This document shows, piece by piece, positions 1-11,251 of a DNA stretch of 64,000 nt. The notes beneath the pieces were generated by a model, which ran no database searches, was not told the origin of the DNA, and saw nothing but the letters and a program-made list of their open reading frames with translations. Origin of the DNA: an uncultured Armatimonadetes bacterium (lineage in GTDB: Bacteria > Armatimonadota > UBA5829 > DTJY01); NCBI GenBank assembly GCA_963717145.1, contig OY970325.1, positions 2,112,001 through 2,176,000 of the forward strand. Direction: 5' to 3'. The translations under genes were made by a program, and so were the position numbers. Numbering within the stretch: the stretch's first letter is position 1; each line of letters starts with the position of its first letter.

Positions 1-252
1 AGGCGACAGTTCCTGGCGGCCGTATCCGCCGACCGCGATGACGCAGACGCCGTCGAGGGCGTCATCGGCCCCGATGTCCTTCAGCGCCATGTCGACGATC
101 CGCCGGACGACCGAATCGATGAGGTCGCTGTACGCGTGCATGAACCCGACGCCCCCGATGGAACGCCGGGTCATGAGTTTCTGTCGCGCGCGCAGTATGT
201 GCTCCCCCAGGTCGGCGGGAGAGACCGATTCTATTCTGCCTGTGATGGCCAT
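1..252 (-). CDS. glnD: PII uridylyltransferase GlnD, N-terminal part (runs off window start)
   Basis: Manual translation from ATG at 252: MAITGRIES...VCVIAVGGYGRQELSP, the GlnD nucleotidyltransferase motif; lies directly after amtB-glnK. Confidence 0.88.
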   Translation of the reverse strand, partial: MAITGRIESVSPADLGEHILRARQKLMTRRSIGGVGFMHAYSDLIDSVVRRIVDMALKDIGADDALDGVCVIAVGGYGRQELSP

Positions 253-280
253 ATACTCAGTTCCAAACCCCTCATGTCCG

Positions 281-401
281 ACCCACCGCTAGTCCTGAGT
301 GCGCCGGTGAATGACGGCGTTATCGAAGGACGGCTCGTACAGCAAGGCCGTCCTTCGATACACGCCGTCATTCACCGGCGCACTCAGGACTAGCGGTGGG
401 T
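281..401. repeat. Long palindromic REP-like element, family A copy 1
   Basis: About 55-bp inverted arms GTCCTGAGTGCGCCGGTGAATGACGGCG...TCGAAGGACGGC; also at 27322, 40023 and 54368. Confidence 0.95.
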
Positions 402-444
402 TGAGAGCGATAGCGGGAGGCCGTTGAAGGCCTCCCCTACAGTT

Positions 445-2122
<1,678 letters not shown>

Positions 2123-2172
2123 GCTCGCACCTCCATCGCGTGATCCTACTGATGCCAGTTTACCCGGTGGAG

Positions 2173-2210
2173 GTTTCGATGTAGTTTCGCGGATGTTAAA
2201 TCGATGTTTC
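2173..2210 (-). promoter_or_regulatory. Putative GlnR/OmpR-type operator, four pentamers at 11-bp period
   Basis: Minus strand GAAAC-N6-TTAAC-N6-GAAAC-N6-GAAAC, 50-90 nt upstream of amtB. Confidence 0.6.
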
Positions 2211-2212
2211 GT

Positions 2213-2273
2213 CTTTGGAGTGCGGCCCTCACCCCCAACCCCTCTCCCGGGGGGCGAGGGCCGCACTCCAAAG
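2213..2273. repeat. Palindrome CTTTGGAGTGCGG...CCGCACTCCAAAG enclosing a CCCTCACCCC..CCCTCTCCC element
   Basis: Outer arms related to 60321-60421; inner element related to 44382-44421. Confidence 0.8.
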
Positions 2274-3255
2274 CTACCCCTTGATTCGGTCGAGGAAGAA
2301 GCGGATGAACCGGGGAGCGTCGACTTCGACGCAGACGCGGGCGTTCGGAGGCCATCGGGGTCACGGGATTCGGTCGCAGGTCGCAGACGGTCATGCCGGC
2401 GGTCACGCGGCCCTCGGTCTCGACCTCGACGTGGCCCTCCTGCATCCGCGCGAACGACTCGTCGAGGGCTACTCCGACCGCCAGTGGATCGTGTAGGTAG
2501 CAGCCGGAGAACCCTTCGGTCTCCATGTGATACTCGATGTACCCCTGCGTCAGATCGACGAGGAACTCCGACAGCCTCGTGCCCAGCGGCTCGACCTCCT
2601 GCGCGATGTGCCCCATCTCGAGGCACACCTGCTCCGTGACGTCGAGTGGCACGAATACAAGCGGAATGCCCGACTCGACGACGACTTGAGCGGAATGAGG
2701 GTCGACGAAGATGTTGAACTCCGAGACGGTAGTCGTGTTACCATAGGCGCGGAATGCTCCGCCCATCACGAAGATCTGCTTGTACTTCCCCATCCGCTCG
2801 GGGTCAGAGATGATCGCCTTCGCGACATTCGTCAGCGGGCCGATAGTGACCAGGGTGATCTCGCCCGGATCGTCGCCTGCGATCTGAGGCAGCAGTTCGA
2901 CCGCGGGAGTCGAGATCGGCGATACGTCCGGGCGAGGATATTTGAGGCTGCCCGTCTCGCCCATGAGGGTATGCAGTCCGCCGAGACCATCGTGTCCATG
3001 GACCTCCGGAGCGACGACCGGCGGTCGGACGAGCGGAACGGCTTCCCCCTTGGCAACGATGGGCATCCGGGCGGGTTGCAGGATGTCGAGGATGCGGAAG
3101 ACGTTCTCAGTGCAGAAATCGACGTGTACGTTGCCGCTGACAGTGGTGATCGCCTCGACCTGAAGCTCAGGCGACCGCATGGCGAATACGATCGCCAGGG
3201 CGTCGTCCACGCCTGCATCGGTGTCGATCACGATTCGCTTGTCGCCGTGTGTCAC
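2274..3255 (-). CDS. Nucleoside hydrolase (IUNH family), +1 frameshift near 2352
   Basis: DTDAGVDD, GPLTN, EFNIFVDP and LHDP motifs; GTG start overlaps the upstream stop; the family-typical tail PNARVCVEVDAPRFIRFFLDRIKG* lies in another frame. Confidence 0.88.
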
Positions 3256-3974
3256 GACTCCTCGCAGAGTGCCTTTTCGGCCCAGAACTTGTTGGTGCGG
3301 TAGAGGCTCTCGAATGTGCCTGCGTCGCTCCAGAAGCCTTCCAACTCGGTCCAATCCAACTGGCCGCCCTGGACATACAGGTTATTCACGTCGGTGATCT
3401 CGAGTTCGCCGCGCTCCGACCGCCGGCACCGGCGTATGTAATCGAAGACCTTGTCGTCGTAGATGTAGAGGCCCGCCACGGCGTAACTCGATTTCGGCTC
3501 CTTCGGCTTCTCCTCGATGGCGACGATCTTGCCGTTCTCGAAGACCGGAACGCCGAATCGCTCGGGATCCTGCACCTGCTTGAGGAATAGGCGCACCCCT
3601 CCCTCGAAGCTTCGAACCGCCGGACCGATGTCGGCATCAGTCGTGTTGTCCCCCAGGATGACGGCAATCGGCTGCCCGTCGGCGAAGTCCTCGCAGAGGC
3701 TCAACGCTTCCGCGATCCCGCCCTCCTTCTCCTGATAGGCATACTCCAGATGGCTGAGGTTGAGCGCGCGGCCGTTCCTCAGCACCGAGAGAAAATGGCC
3801 GGCATGAGGGCCGCCCGTGACCACGATCACCTCACGGATGCCCGCGGAGACGAGCGTCTGAATAGGGTAATAGATCATCGGCCTGTCGTAGACCGGGAGC
3901 AAGTGCTTATTGGTGGCATGGGTCAGCGGGTACAACCGCGTTCCGAGTCCGCCTGCGAGGACAACACCCTTCAT
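3252..3974 (-). CDS. Glucose-1-phosphate thymidylyltransferase-like sugar nucleotidyltransferase (short RmlA/SpsI type)
   Basis: GVVLAGGLGTRLYPLT..NKHLLPVYDRPMI, LGDN, EEKP, RGELEITD, WSDAGT. Confidence 0.93.
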   Translation of the reverse strand: MKGVVLAGGLGTRLYPLTHATNKHLLPVYDRPMIYYPIQTLVSAGIREVIVVTGGPHAGHFLSVLRNGRALNLSHLEYAYQEKEGGIAEALSLCEDFADGQPIAVILGDNTTDADIGPAVRSFEGGVRLFLKQVQDPERFGVPVFENGKIVAIEEKPKEPKSSYAVAGLYIYDDKVFDYIRRCRRSERGELEITDVNNLYVQGGQLDWTELEGFWSDAGTFESLYRTNKFWAEKALCEES

Positions 3975-4043
3975 AGCTTTGTGGGAGCCTCCTGTCTATT
4001 GGCTGCGGGACGTGACGATTATAGCAGCACCGAGGTGGGCGGT

Positions 4044-4148
4044 CAATCCGGGAGGGCGAGGCTCCGTCCGAGCCGGATGCTTCGGCAGCAGAACGAAGTG
4101 GCGCTACCGGAGCATCCGGCTCGGACGGAGCCTCGCCCTCCCGGATTG
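4044..4148. repeat. Palindromic REP-like element, family B
   Basis: CCGGGAGGGCGAGGCTCCGTCCGAGCCGGATGC and its inverse. Confidence 0.9.
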
Positions 4149-4153
4149 GGCAG

Positions 4154-5068
4154 TCACGGCTTGCAGATCTTGCACGGCTCATGGCCCGCGGCGACCGCGT
4201 CCGCACGAGTGGCGAACTGCACGCGGTTCTTCTCTGCGGGAAGATGCCCGCACGTCGTGCGGTGGAACTTCTTGCTCGACTTGTTGCCGATGAACTCCCC
4301 CGTCGCGTCCGGCTTGGTGAGCAGGCTCCTCCACACGTCGGCGAGGCTGTTCGACGCGAGTGAGAAGACGGCGGCGGGCGACTCTTCCGCCTTCTTGCCG
4401 CCTTCGGACAAGCTCTTCAGCTGAGCCTGCGCCTTGGTGGATGTCTCCAGCGCAAACTTGGCGGGATCGGTGACGCGTTGGAAGCCGTCGGCATCGGCTT
4501 TGACGGTCGAGCATACGGTATCCAGCTTCTTCTCAAAGATGGGCCGTTCGGCGCTCTCGAAAGAGGCCTTGTCGGTCCGGTAGGGCTGACATGTTGCGAT
4601 CACGTGCGGGACAAGACGGCCAAGTTGAACCTTCAAGTCCGCGGTGGACTTCCCGGCGTCCACGGCTCTCCTGACCTCACCATATGCGTCGGCAAACGCC
4701 TTTCGGCCCGCTTCATCCTGTTTCGCAGCATATCCGAAGCGTGCATCGGTCTTGGCGGAATCCGGTTTCGCCGCCGCCGTGATCTCCTTCGCGCATGACG
4801 TCAACTGTGTCTTGAGATCGGCGGGCATGAAACTGATCGCCTTCAGGATCACGGCTTCGGTGAAATCCCCCGGTTTGGGTTCTTTCGGCGTCTGTTCCGC
4901 GCCGAAAACGCCACCCGCCAACAGAATGAGGATGGCGCAGAGAAGCGTAGTGGCCGTGCCTCTGTGCCGGCCTGCCGTGCCTCTGTGCCCGCCATCCCGC
5001 CTCGCTGGCCGGCACAGAGGCACGGCCACTACAACAGATGATCGATCGAACAGAGCGTGTCTACTCAT
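4154..5068 (-). CDS. Exported protein with C-terminal Ada-type metal-binding domain
   Basis: Hydrophobic signal LLCAILILLAGGVFGA; C-terminus FIGNKSSKKFHRTTC...AVAAGHEPCKICKP; ATG overlaps the end of rsmI. Confidence 0.8.
   Translation of the reverse strand: MSRHALFDRSSVVVAVPLCRPARRDGGHRGTAGRHRGTATTLLCAILILLAGGVFGAEQTPKEPKPGDFTEAVILKAISFMPADLKTQLTSCAKEITAAAKPDSAKTDARFGYAAKQDEAGRKAFADAYGEVRRAVDAGKSTADLKVQLGRLVPHVIATCQPYRTDKASFESAERPIFEKKLDTVCSTVKADADGFQRVTDPAKFALETSTKAQAQLKSLSEGGKKAEESPAAVFSLASNSLADVWRSLLTKPDATGEFIGNKSSKKFHRTTCGHLPAEKNRVQFATRADAVAAGHEPCKICKP
4947..5032. repeat. GTAG-type REP-like palindrome, family C, inside the CDS
   Basis: GTAGTGGCCGTGCCTCTGTGCCGGC and its inverse; also at 9422, 24497 and 43352. 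Confidence 0.92.
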
Positions 5069-5927
5069 GGTTTGCATCACCCTGCTTCATTTTGAGCATG
5101 CGCGCGTAGACTTCCTTCCTGGGCAGCGAGTAAAGCGCCGTCACCTGGCGGACGGCATCGCGTTCGGACAGTCCTTCGCCGAGGAACCGCCTGAGCGAGT
5201 CCTCGACCCGGTCGTCGGAGATCCCGGGCGGCTGCACCACTGAGCCTTCGAGGACAAGGGTGATCTCGCCCTTCGCCTTCACGGCGGCGAACCGTTCGAT
5301 GGCGGAGGTCAGCGTCCCCCGATGGACCTCCTCGAACATCTTGGTGGCCTCTCGAACGACTGCGACCCTGCGATCGCCGAGCACTTCGAGCATCGACTTC
5401 AAAGTGGCAAGCAGTCTCATCGGCGACTCATAGAAGATCATGGTGCGCGGCTCGTTCTCGAGCGCCTGGAAGTACGTTCGCCGCTCGCCCGCCGGCCTGG
5501 GAGGGAAACCCTCGAATGTGAACCGACGGGTCGAGAGCCCGGAGACGATCAGCGCGGTGATGATGGCATTTGCGCCGGGGATGGCGACGACGGAGATGCC
5601 GTTCTCGATGGCGAAGGCGATCAACTCGTGTCCGGGATCGGAGACGCCGGGAGTGCCGGCATCCGATACCATCGCGATGCTCTTCCCCTCCCTGAGCAGG
5701 TCCAGCAGGTGCTCGGCTTTTCGCCCGACGCTGTGCTGGTGGTAGGGAGTCATGGGGGTGGCGATGTCGTAGTGGGCGAGAAGCTTGCGGGTGACGCGGG
5801 TATCCTCGGCAGCGATCAGATCGACCTCTTTGAGCGTGCTGAGCGCACGGAGGCTGATGTCCGCCAGATTGCCGATCGGGGTCGCCACCAGGTATAAGGT
5901 TCCGGGCACGATGACCTCCTGGAGCAT
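5061..5927 (-). CDS. rsmI: 16S rRNA C1402 2'-O-methyltransferase
   Basis: LYLVATPIGNL.D, AAEDTR, VSDAGTPGVSDPG, FYESP, RE.TK.FEE, KGEI. Confidence 0.96.
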   Translation of the reverse strand: MLQEVIVPGTLYLVATPIGNLADISLRALSTLKEVDLIAAEDTRVTRKLLAHYDIATPMTPYHQHSVGRKAEHLLDLLREGKSIAMVSDAGTPGVSDPGHELIAFAIENGISVVAIPGANAIITALIVSGLSTRRFTFEGFPPRPAGERRTYFQALENEPRTMIFYESPMRLLATLKSMLEVLGDRRVAVVREATKMFEEVHRGTLTSAIERFAAVKAKGEITLVLEGSVVQPPGISDDRVEDSLRRFLGEGLSERDAVRQVTALYSLPRKEVYARMLKMKQGDANHE

Positions 5928-5999
5928 GAGTTATGAGAAGGGCGAAGCAGTTACGCTTCGCCCTATGAGATCGCCTGTCATGCTGTTCCGACTAACGGA

Positions 6000-7634
6000 T
6001 CACTGTCCGCCGGCCGGTACACGGATCGGCTGGGTGGTCGCGGTTGCCCCACCGCCATTCGCCGCCTGCTCCTTGTTGAACTCGTCGATCCATTTCTGCT
6101 CCCTGGCAGCCAGATCGGCCCGGTTCATCTCTTTGTACATGTCCCGGATCGCCTCATGAGTCTGCGCTTCGTCGTACGCATTGTCCGCCGCGATCTGAAG
6201 ATTCTCTTCCGCGGCCTTGTAGTCCTTGGCCTCTATATCCATTTTGGCGAGACCGAGTCGCAGGGACTTGTCCTCAGTATTCAACAGCGCCGTCTGGAGG
6301 GCGCCTCTGGTCAACTTAGCGTACTTAGCCTGATCCTCCTTCGTAAGCCCGAACATCGGGGAGGAGTTCATCATGCCGTATATCGATGCCATCTGGACGT
6401 AGCACCTCGCCTGAAGGCCGGTATCCTCAGAGGACTGGGCAGCGGCGGCCTGATACAGGGCGATAACTTTCTCGAAGGCCTTCTTGCGCTCCGACTCCGA
6501 CATGGCCATCAGGTTCTGGTAGGCGTCCTTGAACGCGACATATGCCTTGAGTTCGGGATCGAGAACCTCGATCTTCGCGCTCTTCTGAAGCTTGCCGTAG
6601 TACTCCTGTTTCGCAGTGTCGCGCGCCTGCTGGCCGAACTGAGCCAGGTATTCGCTCTTCTTCTTGGGATCCTTGAAGTCGGGCGGTAGATTGCGCTTTG
6701 CGGCAGCAGCGGCTTTCAATATCACATATCCCTGAGCGGTCTTGATCGGACTGCTGATCTCACCCGGCTTCAGAGTGAATGCCGCGGTCCTGAGTTCCGG
6801 CTCGATGGTGGCTCTGCTGACCGGACTCCGGTTGCCGCCATAGTCCTTGTACATGTCGTCGGACGACTGCTTGGCGACGGTCGCGAAGTCATCGCCCTTC
6901 TTGAGCTTGGCAACGATGTCCGCGGCGCGCTTCTTGGCCTGGTCATCGGAACGCTTGCCGGCGGACGCCACCGTGATCTGGCTGACCGGCACCTGGTCAT
7001 AACTCTCCTGAAGAGTGCGATCATTCACTACGACTTTGTCAGTGATCTTCTTGTCGAGCTTCTCCATCAGGAGGCCGTTCCGAATTTCATCCGTATACTT
7101 CTGCAGTTCCTTCTTGATCTCACTTCGCTTCTTGGCTATGGTCATGCCGGGCTCAGCCCTGGCAAGCTGAGCTTGGAAGATCGCGTCGGTCTTCTGCTTC
7201 TTGCCGGTCAGAGCCTGCTCTCGAAGTTGTTTCATCTGCATGTCGGTGTATTCGTCGAGCTTCTTTCTCACATCGCCGCGCGACACGCGGATACCTTCCT
7301 CTTTGGCGGCCTGGACCTTAACGGCCTGGTCGACCAACTCATCGAAGATCTGTCCCCGCAACCGAATGTCCATCGAGGGACTGAGCTGGCCCGCCTGCTC
7401 ATACTGCTGCGTCTGCCTCAGCAACGCCGCACGGAATTCCTCCCACATCAGCTTCTCGCCGTTGACGCGAGCAAGAACGCCGGTCTCCTGCCCCGTCTTC
7501 GGGCCCATCCTGCCGCCGCCGCCGCCAACCGACATCCCGACAAAGCCGATGACGAATACGCCCGCGATGGCTATCATCACGCCCTTGAAGTATTTTGACA
7601 TCTTGGTCCGCATACCATTTATTGACATGAACAC
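6000..7634 (-). CDS. SurA/PpiD/PrsA-like parvulin PPIase with C-terminal TPR-like helices
   Basis: N-terminal anchor, ARVNGE, GDDFATVAKQSSDD...GG, AAFTLKPGEISSPIKTAQGYVIL. Confidence 0.85.
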   Translation of the reverse strand: MFMSINGMRTKMSKYFKGVMIAIAGVFVIGFVGMSVGGGGGRMGPKTGQETGVLARVNGEKLMWEEFRAALLRQTQQYEQAGQLSPSMDIRLRGQIFDELVDQAVKVQAAKEEGIRVSRGDVRKKLDEYTDMQMKQLREQALTGKKQKTDAIFQAQLARAEPGMTIAKKRSEIKKELQKYTDEIRNGLLMEKLDKKITDKVVVNDRTLQESYDQVPVSQITVASAGKRSDDQAKKRAADIVAKLKKGDDFATVAKQSSDDMYKDYGGNRSPVSRATIEPELRTAAFTLKPGEISSPIKTAQGYVILKAAAAAKRNLPPDFKDPKKKSEYLAQFGQQARDTAKQEYYGKLQKSAKIEVLDPELKAYVAFKDAYQNLMAMSESERKKAFEKVIALYQAAAAQSSEDTGLQARCYVQMASIYGMMNSSPMFGLTKEDQAKYAKLTRGALQTALLNTEDKSLRLGLAKMDIEAKDYKAAEENLQIAADNAYDEAQTHEAIRDMYKEMNRADLAAREQKWIDEFNKEQAANGGGATATTQPIRVPAGGQ

Positions 7635-7685
7635 CCTCCAAACGGTCGAATCCTACTTATCATTACGCTTCTCAGCGCAAGAATG

Positions 7686-8528
7686 TCACAGATCACGAAG
7701 CATCTCATTCAAGGCAGCAAGGCACTGACGCGAGCCATCCTCCGATACGCCTCCGGGTTTGAAGTGCGTCTCGAGCGAGATATAGCCCTTGTATCCATCC
7801 GCCTTCAGCGCCTTGAGCTGTGCCGGATAGTCGAGCACGCCGTCACCGATGCACACGAAATGCACCTTGCCTTCCGCGTCACGGACCGCGTCTTTGACGT
7901 GGACGTGAACGGTGTACGGCTTCATCGCGTCATAGCCGGTCGGGAAAGGCACTTCACCCGAGCAAAACGCATTGCCCGGATCCCAGACCGCCTGCAAGCC
8001 GGGCGAATCGACGGCGGCGATCACTCTCGCAGTTTCGACGCCGGTTCCGAGGTAGCAGGCATGCTCATTCTCGAGGCCAAGGATGACTCCTGCCTCCCTG
8101 GCGCGCGCAGCCGGCTCCCTGAATGCTTCGACGATGCGACTCTCTATATCTTCGGTCAGTTCGCCCTTTTTCCAGAATGCAAAAACGCGGATGAACCTGG
8201 TATCGAAGATCTCACAGAGGCGGATGCACTTCTCCAGGAGAGCCATCTGGTCCTCCATGCCCCTGTCCTTCGCGCCGTGTGTCTGCCCGGTAGCGCCCTC
8301 GCCGCCGAACAGGTCGCACTTGAAGAACGGCGACGCGATGCACGAGACACGCACTCCGCGATCGGCTACCAGCTTCCGGGCTCGTTCGATGGCCTCGTCG
8401 TCGAGGTCCGCAGCGTTCACACCCCACAGGCATCGAAGCTCGGCGCCCTTTACGTCATAGTCTGCCATGACATCGAGCGCGTGCTCGAAATCCTGCGAGA
8501 TCTCATCGGTGATTACGGAAAGGTCCAC
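7686..8528 (-). CDS. Sugar phosphate isomerase/epimerase (xylose isomerase-like TIM barrel)
   Basis: ITDEISQD, LENE, WDPGN, HVHVKD, ISLETH metal ligands. Confidence 0.9.
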   Translation of the reverse strand: MDLSVITDEISQDFEHALDVMADYDVKGAELRCLWGVNAADLDDEAIERARKLVADRGVRVSCIASPFFKCDLFGGEGATGQTHGAKDRGMEDQMALLEKCIRLCEIFDTRFIRVFAFWKKGELTEDIESRIVEAFREPAARAREAGVILGLENEHACYLGTGVETARVIAAVDSPGLQAVWDPGNAFCSGEVPFPTGYDAMKPYTVHVHVKDAVRDAEGKVHFVCIGDGVLDYPAQLKALKADGYKGYISLETHFKPGGVSEDGSRQCLAALNEMLRDL

Positions 8529-8615
8529 GTGTGCCTCCGGTGACGAATTCGTGCTTCATATTAGCATTTTCAGCCTGCTCTTGTCAACTTCGGCAACGTG
8601 CTTCGGAGTGCGTGC

Positions 8616-8704
8616 GTGAGGTGCTCCGTAGGGGCGATCCTTCAACGGTCGCCGTACTGACCCCGGGGCGACCGTTGAAGGATCGCCCCTACGGAGCACC
8701 TCAC
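8616..8704. repeat. GTAGGGGCG-type REP-like palindrome, family D
   Basis: GTAGGGGCGATCCTTCAACGGTCGCC and its inverse, about 38-bp arms. Confidence 0.9.
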
Positions 8705-8714
8705 TTGCCCTGGG

Positions 8715-9389
8715 TCACTCGCGGAAGAGGATTCGGCCGAAGCGCGCAGGCACGTGGAAGTTGGCCGGGGACTCCATCGTGGGAGACCAGCAACTATACT
8801 CCGCGGTCGGGGTGCGATCGATACGGTAGAGGTTGATGCGCCACGAATCGCCGTCTTTCGGAGGCGTGTTCGGCGCGGTCTCGAGCGAGGCAAACGGGAT
8901 CGCCCACTCCGCGGTCCACCCCTTATCGACGTCCTCGCGGTTGTCGAGTGTGCCATCGACGCGGAGCGCCGTCCGCCATCCCTGACAGTCCCAGGAGGTA
9001 TCGGCAACGAGATCCCTGCGCAGGCCGGTCGGATTGTCGATGATCGCGTCGAAGAGCGTGCCGTGGGGGCTCATCTGGAACTCGTAGTAGCGGACGAGGT
9101 CTGAATCGGGGTCGATGAACGCCTCGACGACCTCCTCCTCGTAGATCTTCTCATCACGGTTGGAGAGCGTGCCCCAGATATCCGGGTCGTCGCTGTCGAA
9201 TGAGACGTAGAGGTTGAGGTCGTCCCAGCACATCCGGGCGCGTGTCTGACGAGTGGCCGGGCCGGATCCGTCGGAGACGATGAAGTCACCGACCGTCGGG
9301 ATACCCTCCCAGTCGCTCAGGTCGCCGTCGATGGTGATCCGTCCGTTCGGGACCTTTCTGCACTCGTAGACGGGCACTTCCTGCTCCAT
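8715..9389 (-). CDS. Carbohydrate-binding family 9-like (CBM9/DOMON-like) protein
   Basis: IDGDLSDW, WDDLNLYV, VEAFIDP, YYEF, WTAEWAIPF, WRINLYR; start at MEQEV with RBS. Confidence 0.85.
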   Translation of the reverse strand: MEQEVPVYECRKVPNGRITIDGDLSDWEGIPTVGDFIVSDGSGPATRQTRARMCWDDLNLYVSFDSDDPDIWGTLSNRDEKIYEEEVVEAFIDPDSDLVRYYEFQMSPHGTLFDAIIDNPTGLRRDLVADTSWDCQGWRTALRVDGTLDNREDVDKGWTAEWAIPFASLETAPNTPPKDGDSWRINLYRIDRTPTAEYSCWSPTMESPANFHVPARFGRILFRE

Positions 9390-9421
9390 GGTAATCTCCT
9401 CGCTGCGACCCGGTCGGCATC

Positions 9422-9498
9422 CGTCATGTAGTGGCCGTGCCTCCGTGCCGGCCAAGAACGTAGCGAGGCCGGCACGGAGGCACGGCCACTACATGACG
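9422..9498. repeat. REP-like palindrome, family C
   Basis: CATGTAGTGGCCGTGCCTCCGTGCCGGCC and its inverse. Confidence 0.92.
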
Positions 9499-9543
9499 TC
9501 TCGACGAGCGCAGAAGCCTGCCCCTACATGAAACAACGGTCTA

Positions 9544-11150
<1,607 letters not shown>

Positions 11151-11168
11151 GGCCGGATGTATTCCGGT

Positions 11169-11197
11169 ATTATAGATCAGGGGATGGACTGTGTCAA
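11169..11197 (-). promoter_or_regulatory. sigma70 promoter of guaB
   Basis: Perfect TTGACA-N17-TATAAT on the minus strand. Confidence 0.85.
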
Positions 11198-11202
11198 GGA
11201 AC

Positions 11203-11231
11203 TTGACACACTTCTTTCCCCATGATACGCT
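11203..11231 (+). promoter_or_regulatory. sigma70 promoter of the TPR membrane protein
   Basis: TTGACA-N17-TACGCT with extended TG. Confidence 0.7.
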
Positions 11232-11251
11232 ACCGGAGGGAGACATACCTG

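Noticed and set aside
2123-2626. Long N-terminal extension of AmtB in the ORF track
   Set aside because: Overlaps the hydrolase gene and a repeat; a good RBS and start exist at 2122
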